A stretch of 64,000 bases of DNA, from NCBI GenBank assembly GCA_963666565.1, contig OY762911.1, forward strand, positions 1,120,001 to 1,184,000. The letters are read 5' to 3'. The translations under genes and the position numbers were made by a program. Shown piece after piece: positions 19,541 through 32,021 of this stretch (position 1 is its first letter; each line of letters opens with the position of its first letter). The notes beneath the pieces were generated by a model. The model made no database searches. It was not told the DNA's origin and was given only the letters and a program-made list of their open reading frames with translations. The stretch comes from Thermoanaerobaculia bacterium (GTDB lineage: Bacteria > Acidobacteriota > Thermoanaerobaculia > Multivoradales > Multivoraceae).

Positions 19541-20478
19541 AGCGGCGAGCCCTCGCCGTCGTCCTTCCGGTCTTCGTCATGCTCTCTGCCTGCGGCGACG
19601 GCGGCGCGAACGGCGACGCCGAAGCCGCCGTGGAACTCGTCCCCGAGGGCGAGGACTTCCTCGCGACCCTGTGCTTTCCGGCGGCCGACGACCTGCTCCG
19701 TTGCGAGCCACGGGCGATCCCTGCCGCCGGCAGCGTCGAGGAGACGGCGGCGGCGATCGTTCAGGCCCTGATCGACGGCCCCGGCGTGGCCGCGCCGGCA
19801 GACCGGGCGCCGGCCGACGACGGCGCGCCGGAAGACGCGGTCCCGGTCCGGAACGATGGATCGCCGAACGTGTCCCGGGCCGGCGGCGCCGCGCCGCCAC
19901 CTGGCGAGGATCTCTTCCCGGCCCTGCCGCCCGGCGTCGAGCTGCAGGCGTTCGACCTGGTCGACGGTGTCGCCTGGGTCGACCTGACGGTCGCGCGGTC
20001 CGGCGCCGCGGCGGCGCGCTTCGAGCAGCCGGCGATGGGGCTGGGCGAGGAACTCCTCGCCGTCTACAGCCTGGTGAACAGCCTGACCGCGAGCGATCTG
20101 GGCATCGAGCGCGTCGTGCTGATGTGGAACGGCGAGCAGCGCCTGACCTTCGCCGGCCACGTCGACACGACCCGGCCTCTGCCGCCCGACCCCGACCGGA
20201 ACGCGGCGCCTTCCGCCGACCGGGTGCGCGGGTCTTCCGCCGACCGGGTGCGCGGGTCTTCCGCCGACCGGGTGCGCGGGTCTTCCGCCGACCGGGAGCG
20301 CGAGCCTTCCGCCGACTGGGTGCGCGGGCCTTCCGCCGACTGGGTGCGCGGGCCTTCGGCCGACTGGGTGCGCGGGCCTTCGGCCGACTGGGTGCGCGGG
20401 CCTTCGGCCGACTGGGTGCGCGGGTCTTCTGACCCGCTCCGAAGAAACCCCGCCGGCGAAACCGGCGCGGACCTCTGA
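19537..20478 (+). CDS. GerMN-domain lipoprotein with repeat-derived C-terminal tail
   Basis: GTGA overlap; lipobox 'MLSAC'; 'ALIDGP', '[12 protein letters not shown]', 'TFAGHVD'. Confidence 0.82.
   Translation: MKRRALAVVLPVFVMLSACGDGGANGDAEAAVELVPEGEDFLATLCFPAADDLLRCEPRAIPAAGSVEETAAAIVQALIDGPGVAAPADRAPADDGAPEDAVPVRNDGSPNVSRAGGAAPPPGEDLFPALPPGVELQAFDLVDGVAWVDLTVARSGAAAARFEQPAMGLGEELLAVYSLVNSLTASDLGIERVVLMWNGEQRLTFAGHVDTTRPLPPDPDRNAAPSADRVRGSSADRVRGSSADRVRGSSADREREPSADWVRGPSADWVRGPSADWVRGPSADWVRGPSADWVRGSSDPLRRNPAGETGADL
20212..20437 (+). repeat. 24-bp minisatellite x9 derived from the REP-like left end, in frame ([16 protein letters not shown])
   Basis: Nine units TC(C/G)GCCGAC(C/T)GGGTGCGCGGG(T/C)CT, ending in an intact GACCCGC hairpin. 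Confidence 0.95.
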
Positions 20479-20481
20479 GCG

Positions 20482-21471
20482 ATGCGCGGCACCCAGCCTC
20501 TGATCGGCGTCTTCGACTCGGGCGTCGGCGGCCTGACCGTGGTCGCCGCGCTGCGGCGCCGCCTTCCCGGCGCCTCCATCCTCTACCTCGGCGACACCGC
20601 CCGCCTGCCCTACGGCACGAAGTCGCGGCGCACCGTGCTGCGCTACTCGCAGGCGAACGTCGACTTCCTGGAGCGCCGCGGCGTCGACGCCCTGGTGGTG
20701 GCCTGCAACACGGCCTCCGCGATGGCGCTCGACGACCTCGTCGTGCGGGCGCCGCACTGGGGGGTACTGGCGCCCGGCGCCTCGGCCGCGGTGGCGGCGG
20801 CGCGCCGGCACGTAGGCGTTATCGCCACCGAGTCGACGGTGCGGTCGAGAGCCTACGAAGAGGCGATCCGCCGCCTCGACCCGCGCCTCCGCGTCAGTCA
20901 GCGGGCCTGTCCGCTGCTCGTGCCGCTGGTCGAGGAAGGCTGGGAGGAGGACGAGATCACCGGGCGCATCGTCGCCCGGTACCTCGAACCGCTGCTGGCC
21001 GAGGGAATCGACACGCTGCTGCTCGGCTGCACCCACTACCCGATGCTGCGCGGCGCGCTGGAGCGTGTGTGCGGCCCGGACGTGACCCTCGTCGACTCCG
21101 CCGAATCGACCGGCGCGCTGGTCGCGCGGGAACTGCGCGCCGCGGACTGGACGGACAATGCGGCAGGCCGCCTTCGGCGGCGTGCGGGTCGAGAGACCCG
21201 CGGACCCGGTTCTGCCGGCGCCGCGGGCTGGACGGACGATGCGGCAGGCCGCCTTCGGCGGCGTGCGGGTCGGAAGACCCGCGCACCGGGTTCTGCGGAC
21301 GCCGCGGCGGGATCGGCGAGTGTGAGACTCTTCGCCACCGACGCCGGGTCGCGGTTTGCCAGACTTGCCGAGCGGATCCTTGGCGAGCCGGCGCCGCTCG
21401 AGTGGGTCGACGTGGACGAGCCGGAAGACGAGCCGGAACAGACGGAAGAAGGGGAGGAGGGGAGAACGTGA
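20482..21471 (+). CDS. murI: Glutamate racemase with a 54-aa repeat insertion
   Basis: '[10 protein letters not shown]', 'PYG.KS', 'VACNTA', 'LGCTHYP'. Confidence 0.95.
   Translation: MRGTQPLIGVFDSGVGGLTVVAALRRRLPGASILYLGDTARLPYGTKSRRTVLRYSQANVDFLERRGVDALVVACNTASAMALDDLVVRAPHWGVLAPGASAAVAAARRHVGVIATESTVRSRAYEEAIRRLDPRLRVSQRACPLLVPLVEEGWEEDEITGRIVARYLEPLLAEGIDTLLLGCTHYPMLRGALERVCGPDVTLVDSAESTGALVARELRAADWTDNAAGRLRRRAGRETRGPGSAGAAGWTDDAAGRLRRRAGRKTRAPGSADAAAGSASVRLFATDAGSRFARLAERILGEPAPLEWVDVDEPEDEPEQTEEGEEGRT
21137..21298 (-). repeat. Two 81-bp tandem units, each with a REP-like right arm, in frame in murI
   Basis: GCGCCGCGG..CTGGACGGAC at 21137 and 21218; each contains GGCCGCCTTCGGCGGC.TGCGGGTCG..AGACCCGCG. 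Confidence 0.92.
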
Positions 21472-22304
21472 CGAATCGACGCGGCGGTTTCGCCCGGAGC
21501 GGAGGCAGGTCGCCGTCGGCCCTGCGCCCGGCGACGATCGAACTGGACGCGATGAAGTTCGCCGAGGGTTCGGCGCTTGTTGAATGCGGCGACACCCGGG
21601 TGCTCTGCTCGGCCAGCGTTGAGCGGCGGGTCCCGCCTTTCCTGGTCGGCAAGGGCCAGGGCTGGCTCACCGCCGAGTACTCGATGCTGCCGCGGGCAAC
21701 GCTGACCCGTTCCCGGCGGGAAGTCTCGCGCGGGCGGCCCTCGGGGCGGACGGCGGAGATCCAGCGACTGATCGGCCGTTCGCTCCGGTCGGCGGTCAAC
21801 CTGAGGAAGCTCCCGGAAGTCACGATCGCGGTCGACTGCGACGTCATCCAGGCCGACGGCGGCACCCGCACCGCCTCGATCACCGGCGCCTACGTGGCGA
21901 CCGTCGCGGCGCTGTCCAGGATGCTGCTGGAGGGCGGCCTGAAGAAGTGGCCCGTCGTCCATTCCGTGGCCGCGGTCTCGGTCGGCATCTGCCGGGACGA
22001 GTTGCTGCTCGACCTGGAGTACGTCGAGGACCGGGACGCCCAGGTCGACCTGAACGTGGTGGCGACCGGCGAGGGCGATCTGATCGAGGTCCAGGGCACG
22101 GCCGAGGGCCGCGTGTTCACGCGGCCCGAGTTCGACGGCCTCCTCGACCTGGCGCTCGCCGGCATCGCGGAACTGGCCGAGATGCAGCAGCGCTGCCTGG
22201 CGCCGCGCCTGGCGGAGATGGAAGAAGCGGTCGAGCGCCGCCGCAGAGGTCCCGCCAAGGCGAAGGACGAGGCCAGCGTCTGGGGTCGTCCGCCGCGCTC
22301 GTAG
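21468..22304 (+). CDS. rph: Ribonuclease PH
   Basis: '[14 protein letters not shown]', '[11 protein letters not shown]', '[18 protein letters not shown]', 'IEVQGTAEG'. Confidence 0.96.
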   Translation: MTNRRGGFARSGGRSPSALRPATIELDAMKFAEGSALVECGDTRVLCSASVERRVPPFLVGKGQGWLTAEYSMLPRATLTRSRREVSRGRPSGRTAEIQRLIGRSLRSAVNLRKLPEVTIAVDCDVIQADGGTRTASITGAYVATVAALSRMLLEGGLKKWPVVHSVAAVSVGICRDELLLDLEYVEDRDAQVDLNVVATGEGDLIEVQGTAEGRVFTRPEFDGLLDLALAGIAELAEMQQRCLAPRLAEMEEAVERRRRGPAKAKDEASVWGRPPRS

Positions 22305-22311
22305 CGGTTCC

Positions 22312-23697
22312 GTGGACATCCACCTGATCGCCATCGGCGGCACCGGCATGGCGCCGCTGGCCTGCCTGCTCCGAGAACTCGGCCACCGGGTCCGCGGCTC
22401 GGACGGGCCGCTCTACCCGCCCACCAGCGACCTGCTCGCCGGCGCGGGCATCGAGCCCCTGGTCGGCCACGACCCGGCGCACCTCGAACCGCGGCCGGAC
22501 CTCGTGATCGTCGGCAACGCGGTGCCGCGCACCAACCCCGAGGCCGCGGCGACGGAAGAGCTCGGCCTGCCGCGGCTGTCGATGCCCGAAGCGCTCGATC
22601 GCTTCGTCCTCCGGGACCGCCGGCCGCTGGTCGTCGCCGGCAGCCACGGCAAGACGACGACGACCGCGATGGCCGCCTGGGTCTACTCCCGCGTCGGCGC
22701 CGACCCCGGCTATCTCATCGGCGGCGCGCCGATCGGTCTGCCGTCGGGCTTCGCTCTCGGCGCCGGTTCGCGCTTCGTCATCGAGGGCGACGAGTACAAC
22801 GCCTCCTACTTCGACCGCGGCCCGAAGTTCTGGCACTACCGGCCGGAGACCGTGATCCTGACCAGCCTGGAGCACGATCACGTCGATCTCTATCCCGACT
22901 TGGAGGGCCTGGAGCGCGCCTTCCTCGGTCTCGTCGAGCGCCTGCCGCCGACCGGCCTGCTGGTCGCCTGCGCCGACTACCCGGCGGTGGAGCGGCTGCT
23001 GCCGGCGAGCCCGTGCCGCGTCGTGACCTACGGCGCCGGGGCGGGCGACGTTCGGCTGGTCGGCCCGGTCGGGAGTGGCGAGCATGGGATCTCGTTCGAT
23101 CTGGAGGAAGAGGGCGGGCGACAGCGGGTCGACCTCGGCCTCTGGGGCGAGCACAACGCGCTGAACGCGATGGCCGTGTGGGCGGCGGCTCGCGCCGACG
23201 GGCTCGAGCGGGACGCCGTCCTGGAGGCGCTCGCCACGTTCCGTGGCGTCAGGCGTCGGCTCGAAGTCGTCGGCGAGGCGGCGGGAGTGGTCGTCGTCGA
23301 CGACTTCGCCCACCATGCCTCGGAAGTCGCGGCGTCGCTCGCGGCGCTCCGGCAGCGCTTCCCCGGCCGCCGGCTGGTCGTCCTGTTCGAGCCGAGGAGC
23401 CTGAGCGCTGGCCGCCGGCAGTTCGCGGCCGACCTGGCGGCGTCCCTGGCCGCGGCCGACCGGGTCTTCCTGGCCCCCGTGTTCCACCGCGAGCGCCTGG
23501 GCGAGGAGGGCCTCGATCCGGAACAGGTCGCGGCGGACATCGAGCGGCTCGGCCCGGCGGCTACCGCTTGCGGAGCCAACGACGAACTGGCCGAGCGGGC
23601 GCTCGCCGAAGCCCGCGCCGGCGATGTCCTGGTCACCATGTCCTCGGGCGCATTCGACGCCATGCCCCGGCGCTTGGCTGCCGGCCTGGCGGGCTAG
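22312..23697 (+). CDS. mpl: Murein peptide ligase (Mpl/MurC family)
   Basis: 'IHLIAIGGTGM', 'GSHGKTTT', 'IEGDEY..SYFDRGPKF.HY', 'DDFAHH', 'FEPRS'. Confidence 0.85.
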   Translation: MDIHLIAIGGTGMAPLACLLRELGHRVRGSDGPLYPPTSDLLAGAGIEPLVGHDPAHLEPRPDLVIVGNAVPRTNPEAAATEELGLPRLSMPEALDRFVLRDRRPLVVAGSHGKTTTTAMAAWVYSRVGADPGYLIGGAPIGLPSGFALGAGSRFVIEGDEYNASYFDRGPKFWHYRPETVILTSLEHDHVDLYPDLEGLERAFLGLVERLPPTGLLVACADYPAVERLLPASPCRVVTYGAGAGDVRLVGPVGSGEHGISFDLEEEGGRQRVDLGLWGEHNALNAMAVWAAARADGLERDAVLEALATFRGVRRRLEVVGEAAGVVVVDDFAHHASEVAASLAALRQRFPGRRLVVLFEPRSLSAGRRQFAADLAASLAAADRVFLAPVFHRERLGEEGLDPEQVAADIERLGPAATACGANDELAERALAEARAGDVLVTMSSGAFDAMPRRLAAGLAG

Positions 23698-23719
23698 ACA
23701 TCCCCCACTGGGTGCAGCA

Positions 23720-23861
23720 CTGGGTGCGCGGGTCTTCTGACCCGCATCGGGCGGTGCCGCGGAGCGGCGCAGCTCGGACAACGGGGCCGCCGGCCAAAGG
23801 CCGGCTACGATGTTTGATCGCCGCCTGCGGCGGCAGCGGGTCGGGAGACCCGCGCACCCGG
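23720..23861. mobile_element. ~142-bp composite REP doublet (REPIN/BIME/MITE-like) between convergent genes
   Basis: Inverted 26-bp ends and three internal hairpin modules; homologous to 52448, 55421 and 56774. Confidence 0.8.
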
Positions 23862-23875
23862 CGGTCGGCTGGGCG

Positions 23876-24757
23876 CTACAGGTGCGTCTCCAGGATCTGC
23901 CGATCCGACATCCCAGGCAGCCGCAGCGCCTCGGCGCCGCCCGGCGGCAACACGCGCCGCGGCGCCAGCCCGACGAGTTCCGTCTCGACCACGCGCACGC
24001 CGGCGCCACGCGCCAGTTCGTCGGCGCGCCCGACCACATCGAGCAGCGACGTCCGGTCGCAATCGGTCAGGTTCACGCTGACCTGTGCCTGGCCCCGGCC
24101 CTCCAGGAAGAACCCGAGCGCACGCACGCCTGGCGGCCCGCCGCCGGACTCGCGCAGCGAAGCCGCGATTCGCTTTGCCTCGCCGACCCGGTCCGTGTCG
24201 AGCAGCAGGTTGAAGGCGACCAGCGGCCGCCGCGCGCCAACGCACACAACGCCGCCAGTCGGGTGCGGCCGGTTCGGACCGCGGTCCGGCAGCCATTCGC
24301 CGGACGCCATCCGCTCGCCAAGCCGCGCGAGACCGCCGCGGCGATGGTCGGCGAGCGCCGCGCGCCCGGGCTCGGAAGCGGCTTCGCCGTAGAAGAACAC
24401 CGGCAGACCGAGCCCGGCGAGCGCGTCCGCCGCGCGGCGCACGGCGTCGACGGCCGCGGGCATCTGGCCCGCCTCCAGGGGCACGAAGGGCGCGACGTCG
24501 AGGCCGCCGAGAAAGGGGTGGATCCCCGAGTGCGTGGCCACGTCGATCCGCTCGACCGCCACAGCCGCCAGGCGCCGGACCGCCTCGACCAGGTCGCCGG
24601 CCTCGCCCAACAGCGTCAGCACCGTCCGGTTGTGGTCCTGGTCCGAGGACACGTCGAGCACCTTCACGCCCGGAGTCGAAGCCGCCTCCGCGCAGGCGTC
24701 GACGACGTCCCGGCGCCGCCCCTCGCTGACGTTCGGAACGCACTCCAGCCGGACCAT
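23876..24757 (-). CDS. ftcD: Glutamate formimidoyltransferase
   Basis: 'LECVPNVSEGR', 'DQDHNRTV', 'HSGIHP', 'HPTGG..CVGAR..LVAFN', 'QVSVNL'. Confidence 0.9.
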   Translation of the reverse strand: MVRLECVPNVSEGRRRDVVDACAEAASTPGVKVLDVSSDQDHNRTVLTLLGEAGDLVEAVRRLAAVAVERIDVATHSGIHPFLGGLDVAPFVPLEAGQMPAAVDAVRRAADALAGLGLPVFFYGEAASEPGRAALADHRRGGLARLGERMASGEWLPDRGPNRPHPTGGVVCVGARRPLVAFNLLLDTDRVGEAKRIAASLRESGGGPPGVRALGFFLEGRGQAQVSVNLTDCDRTSLLDVVGRADELARGAGVRVVETELVGLAPRRVLPPGGAEALRLPGMSDRQILETHL

Positions 24758-24768
24758 CGGGCCAGTGT

Positions 24769-24809
24769 AGACCCGCGCACCCAGCGGTTCAGAGGACCCG
24801 CGCGCCCAG
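24769..24809 (-). repeat. Two partial REP-like copies abutting the ftcD -10 box
   Basis: AGACCCGCGCACCCAG and AGGACCCGCGCGCCCAG. Confidence 0.7.
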
Positions 24810-24826
24810 CGAGCCCTTGGCGGCTC

Positions 24827-25051
24827 CTACGGCGGAGGCCACAGCCGCAACGCGGCCACGATCAGGCCTCCTACGGTCACTGAAGTCGTCAGCGAGGTCA
24901 GGAGCATCCAGACCTTGAGGTGCGCGAGGTCTTCCTTGGTTGCGACATGGCGCAGCGTCTCGTCCACACGGGCGCGCCAAGCTACCCAGTCTTCACTGAA
25001 CGTCGGCTGATCGGAGGGCGTCTCTGCGGCCCCCGTCGTTGCTGCGGTCAT
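24827..25051 (-). CDS. Small coiled-coil protein with C-terminal TM helix (DUF1640-like 'ATKEDL')
   Basis: SD GGAAGG before ATG; 'VATKEDLAHLKVWML' followed by a hydrophobic tail. Confidence 0.55.
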   Translation of the reverse strand: MTAATTGAAETPSDQPTFSEDWVAWRARVDETLRHVATKEDLAHLKVWMLLTSLTTSVTVGGLIVAALRLWPPP

Positions 25052-25205
25052 CGGAACGTCCTTCCCAGGGACGGAGGGGCTTCGTCGAGTCTTCCGCACT
25101 CTCGGAGATCATGCAAGCGGCCCGGCGACGAGGCGCCGACCAGGGTCGCATCCCCCGGCGATCCCGGCGTACGGAAGCCCCGGTTTCTCCCCTCCGCGCC
25201 CTGCG

Positions 25206-25234
25206 TTGACCGACCCCGGTAGCCGTGTTACGTT
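25206..25234 (+). promoter_or_regulatory. Probable promoter of the atp operon
   Basis: TTGACC-17 nt-TACGTT with extended TG. Confidence 0.55.
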
Positions 25235-25317
25235 ACCGCCGCTTTCGGGACCGGGAGAGAGGTTGACAAGGCCTTGACGGATGAACGTGCGCCCGGACGA
25301 CCGCGGGACGAGTAGCT

Positions 25318-25740
25318 GTGGACTTCGACGGAAGCCTCCTGGTCATCATGGCCATCTTCTGGGCCACGTACTTCGTGGTCCGGTTCTACTTGGTGCGGCC
25401 GATCATGCGGATGCTCCAGGAGCGCGACAGCGAGGTCGAAACCGCGCAGGAGACCTTCGACCGGGCCCAGGCCGAGGTCGAGGCGAGAGTCGAGGCGCAG
25501 CGCGAGAAGCTGAAGGAAGCGCGCGCCGAGGCCGCCGCGCACCGCGACCGGATGCGCAAGGAGGCCCAGCAGGCCCGCGAGACCCTCGTCGCCGAAGCCC
25601 GCCAGGAGGCGGACGCCGAACTCAGGCAGGCGATCGCCGCGCTCGACGCCGAGACCGCGGAACAGCGCCGTTCGCTCGAAGCCCGCGCCGAGCGGCTCGC
25701 GGCCGAGATGACTGCCAAGCTGATGGGCGCCCCGTCATGA
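25318..25740 (+). CDS. ATP synthase F0 subunit b'
   Basis: N-terminal TM, 'LVRPIMRMLQER', long coiled coil; first gene of the operon. Confidence 0.85.
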   Translation: MDFDGSLLVIMAIFWATYFVVRFYLVRPIMRMLQERDSEVETAQETFDRAQAEVEARVEAQREKLKEARAEAAAHRDRMRKEAQQARETLVAEARQEADAELRQAIAALDAETAEQRRSLEARAERLAAEMTAKLMGAPS

Positions 25741-26438
25741 GGCGTGGCGCTTCCCGGGGCCGGCTCTCCTGGCTGTCGCGACGGACCGTCGACGGCACGC
25801 CTCTTCCGGGGCGCCGCTTCGCCAGGCGTTCGGTCGCGCTCGGGACCGCCTCGCTGGCGCTCTTCTGGACGCTGTTCGCCGGCGCCGCCGCCGCGTTCGG
25901 CGCGGAAGTCGGCGAGTCGACGACCTTCCTCGGCCTGCCGCGCTGGGTCTTCTCCTGGTTCAACATGCTCGTCTTCTTCGGCGGTCTCGGCTACCTGGTC
26001 GGGCCGATGGCGATGAGTGCGCTCGAGAATCGCCGGGTCCGGATCCTGGACAGCCTGATGACCGCGCGGCGCCAGCGCGCGGACGCGGAAGAGCTGCACG
26101 CCGGCCTCGACGATCAGCTTGCCGCCTTGGAGGCGGAGGTCACGCAGGCGGCCGAGCGCGCCCGCCAGGAGGGCGAACGGGACGCGCGGGAAATCGCGGC
26201 CCTCGCCGAGCGGGAGCGCGAGCGGATGCTGGATCAGGCCCGCGCCGAGATCCGGAACCGCACCGCCCGCGCCCGGGTCGAACTGGCGCAGCACGCGGCC
26301 CGGCTCGCCACCTCGCTCGCCGCCGAGCGGCTGGAGCGTGAAGTCGATTCCGCCGCCCGCCGCCGGATCCTCGACCGCGGGCTGGTCAGCCTGGAGAGCC
26401 GGGCCGACGACGCCTCGGCCGGAGCCGACGCGCGATGA
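25737..26438 (+). CDS. atpF: ATP synthase F0 subunit b
   Basis: 'WFNMLVFFGGLGYL...LENRR' plus coiled coil; ATGA overlaps on both sides. Confidence 0.85.
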   Translation: MRRGASRGRLSWLSRRTVDGTPLPGRRFARRSVALGTASLALFWTLFAGAAAAFGAEVGESTTFLGLPRWVFSWFNMLVFFGGLGYLVGPMAMSALENRRVRILDSLMTARRQRADAEELHAGLDDQLAALEAEVTQAAERARQEGERDAREIAALAERERERMLDQARAEIRNRTARARVELAQHAARLATSLAAERLEREVDSAARRRILDRGLVSLESRADDASAGADAR

Positions 26439-26995
26439 TCTACCGCTACGCCAGACCCTACGCCCAGGCCCTGATGGGCGCGGCCGGCTCGCTCGAGGCG
26501 GCGCAGGCGACGCGCGATGAACTCACCGCCTTCGCGGAGGCCATGCGGGCCGTCCCGCGGCTGAGCCGCATGGCCTCGAATCCCGGCGTGCCGCCGGCGA
26601 CGAAGCGCGCCGTCGTCGACGAGATCGCCGGCATGCAGGGCGCGGGCGAGTTGGCCCAGCGGATGCTCCGGCTCCTGCTCGACAACTACCGGCTGGTCCA
26701 CCTGCCGGCGATCCTGGAGGCGATCGACGAACTGCTCGACCGGGCCCACGGCGTCGTCAGCGCCACGGTGACCGCCGCCGAGGAGCTCGACGAGCAGCAG
26801 CGCGCGCGGTTGGAGAAGGCGCTCGAGCAACTGTCCGGCGCCGAGGTCCGGCTGGAAAGCCGGGTCGACCCGAGCCTGATCGGCGGCTTCGTGGCCCAGT
26901 TCGGGAGTACCCGCTACGACGCGAGCGTTCGCGGCCAGTTGGCCGTACTGGAATCCAGATTGACCGCCCAGTCGGCGACGGCGGCGGAAGCCTAG
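26435..26995 (+). CDS. atpH: ATP synthase F1 subunit delta
   Basis: 'YARPYAQAL', 'VDPSLIGG', 'YDASVRGQL'. Confidence 0.93.
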   Translation: MIYRYARPYAQALMGAAGSLEAAQATRDELTAFAEAMRAVPRLSRMASNPGVPPATKRAVVDEIAGMQGAGELAQRMLRLLLDNYRLVHLPAILEAIDELLDRAHGVVSATVTAAEELDEQQRARLEKALEQLSGAEVRLESRVDPSLIGGFVAQFGSTRYDASVRGQLAVLESRLTAQSATAAEA

Positions 26996-27059
26996 GCACT
27001 TCACGATTTCGAGACGCTCCGGAGGCACCGGGGCGCCACCTTGGGGGAGTAGAACGAAC

Positions 27060-28598
<1,539 letters not shown>

Positions 28599-28636
28599 AA
28601 CGAGACGAGCGGAAGGTTCCGAGGTAGGCCCGAACG

Positions 28637-29554
28637 ATGGCGAGCCTGATCGATCTTCGCCGGCGCATCCGGTCGGTGAAGAACACGCAGCAGATCACCA
28701 AGGCGATGAAGATGGTCGCCGCGGCGAAGCTGCGCCGGGCACAGGACCAGATCCTCGCCACGCGGCCCTACGCCCTGGAACTGCGGAAGGTGACGGAGCA
28801 CCTGGCCGCCGTGGCGGCCGGCGAAGTGGAGCACCCGCTGCTGACTCCGGCGGCCGGCGGCGCCGAAGGGGAGGCCGGGCAGGCCGCGGCGGCCGGCTCC
28901 GGCAAGACCCTGGTCCTGGTGGTCACGGGCGACAAGGGCCTCTGCGGCGCCTTCAACGCCCACGTCCAGCGCCGGACCGAGCAGGAGATGGCGCAGCTCG
29001 ACGGCGGCGGCGAGATCCTCGCGCTCGGCAACCGCGGCGCGGACTTCTTCACCCACCGCGGCGCGCCGATGCGCGGCGCCCGCCGGGGCCTGTTCAAGGA
29101 CCTGAGCTACGCGACGGCCCAGGATCTGGCGGCCGAGATCTCCGGGGCGTACGCGGACGGCGAGTACGACGCGGTGTACGCCGTCTACAACGAGTTCATC
29201 TCGGTGCTCAGCCAGCGGGTGAACTGGGAGCGCCTGCTGCCGATCGCCCGCGAAGACGTGCTGGGCGACGAGAGTGCGTCGGCGAACGGCCACCGCCCGT
29301 ACCTGTACGAGCCGTCCGAGGCCGAGATCCTGAACGAGCTGCTGCCGCGCTTCGTCACCTTCCAGATCTACCGGGTGCTGCTCGAGTCGCAGGCGGCCGA
29401 GCACGCGGCCCGGATGACGGCGATGGACAGCGCGACGAAGAACGCCGGCGAACTGATCGACGCACTGACCCTGCAATACAACCGCTCGCGCCAGGCCGAG
29501 ATCACGACCGAACTGATCGAGGTCGTGTCCGGCGCGAACGCCCTCGAGGGATAG
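28637..29554 (+). CDS. atpG: ATP synthase F1 subunit gamma
   Basis: 'ITKAMKMVAAAKL', 'DKGLCGAFN', 'RQAEITTELIEV'. Confidence 0.97.
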   Translation: MASLIDLRRRIRSVKNTQQITKAMKMVAAAKLRRAQDQILATRPYALELRKVTEHLAAVAAGEVEHPLLTPAAGGAEGEAGQAAAAGSGKTLVLVVTGDKGLCGAFNAHVQRRTEQEMAQLDGGGEILALGNRGADFFTHRGAPMRGARRGLFKDLSYATAQDLAAEISGAYADGEYDAVYAVYNEFISVLSQRVNWERLLPIAREDVLGDESASANGHRPYLYEPSEAEILNELLPRFVTFQIYRVLLESQAAEHAARMTAMDSATKNAGELIDALTLQYNRSRQAEITTELIEVVSGANALEG

Positions 29555-29618
29555 AGAAGAGAGACGCACACATCCCCGGGGCGCGGGCATCGCCGCCCGC
29601 ATCCGGGGCCAGCCCTGA

Positions 29619-31145
<1,527 letters not shown>

Positions 31146-31197
31146 CGCCGCGGACGCGGAACCGACGGAGCAACGAGAGCACGGAGACCGAACGAAC

Positions 31198-31602
31198 GTG
31201 GCCGGCCTGAATCTCATCCTGGTGACCCATGCCCGGAAGCTGCTCGAAGTCGAGTGCAGCGACGTCGGCCTGCCCGGCCGGCAGGGCGACATGGGCATCC
31301 TGCCGGGCCACGCGGCGCTGATCGGCACGCTGCGGCCCGGCGAACTCAGCTACCGGCCGGCCGACGGCGGAGCGCGCCGCTTCGTCGCCGTGGCGCCGGG
31401 CTTCTGCGAAGTCGCGGACGACACGGTGACCGTGCTGACCGAGACCGCGGAGCCGGCGGAGGACATCGACGCGGCGGCGGCCACGACCGAGCGCGACGAA
31501 CTGGCCGCGGAGTACGCCCGCGCGAGCTTCGAGGACCAGGCGGGACTGAAGGACCGCGTGGAGACGGCGCAGGCGCGGGTCGACGTAGCGGCGCGGGCGT
31601 AG
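31198..31602 (+). CDS. atpC: ATP synthase F1 subunit epsilon
   Basis: 'LPG..GDMGILPGHA', 'GFCEV'; last gene of the operon. Confidence 0.93.
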   Translation: MAGLNLILVTHARKLLEVECSDVGLPGRQGDMGILPGHAALIGTLRPGELSYRPADGGARRFVAVAPGFCEVADDTVTVLTETAEPAEDIDAAAATTERDELAAEYARASFEDQAGLKDRVETAQARVDVAARA

Positions 31603-31609
31603 CGCGGCG

Positions 31610-31829
31610 GCAAAGGTCGCCGGCCTCTGGCCGGCGGCGGCGTCTTTTCGGGCTGCGCCGCTCCGCGGCTTCGCCCGGGAGCGGGTCGGAAGACCCGCGC
31701 ACCCACGGCGCCACTGGGTGCAAAGGTCGCCGGCCTCTGGCCGGCGGCGGCGTTTCTTCGGGCTGCGCCGCTCCGCGGCTTCGCCCGGGAGCGGGTCAGA
31801 AGACCCGCGCACCCACGGCGCCACTGGGT
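31610..31829 (-). repeat. 110-bp tandem duplication of the REP-like left arm after atpC
   Basis: GCAAAGGTCGCCGGCCTCTGGCCGGC... at 31610 and 31720. Confidence 0.92.
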
Positions 31830-31856
31830 GCGCCGTTCTCGGCACGGCGCCCGCAC

Positions 31857-31952
31857 ACTGGGTGCGCGGGTCTTCCGACCCGCATGCCGCCGCAGGCGGC
31901 CAGCAAACCGCGCCGCGCAGCGGCGACCGTACTCCCTCCCCGCTGCTACACT
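31857..31952 (+). repeat. Left 96-bp direct repeat (REP plus extended -10 TGCTACACT) before the RND cassette
   Basis: 7 mismatches against 39632-39727 by manual alignment. Confidence 0.88.
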
Positions 31953-32021
31953 TCCGTCCGAGCGAGTCGCGGCGCGGGGAGTCGGCCAGCGCGGAGCCCG
32001 TCGCGGAGGGGGTGGCGGCAG

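Noticed and set aside
20212-20437. Possible CRISPR array
   Set aside because: Units are contiguous with no unique spacers, and no cas genes are present; it is a coding minisatellite
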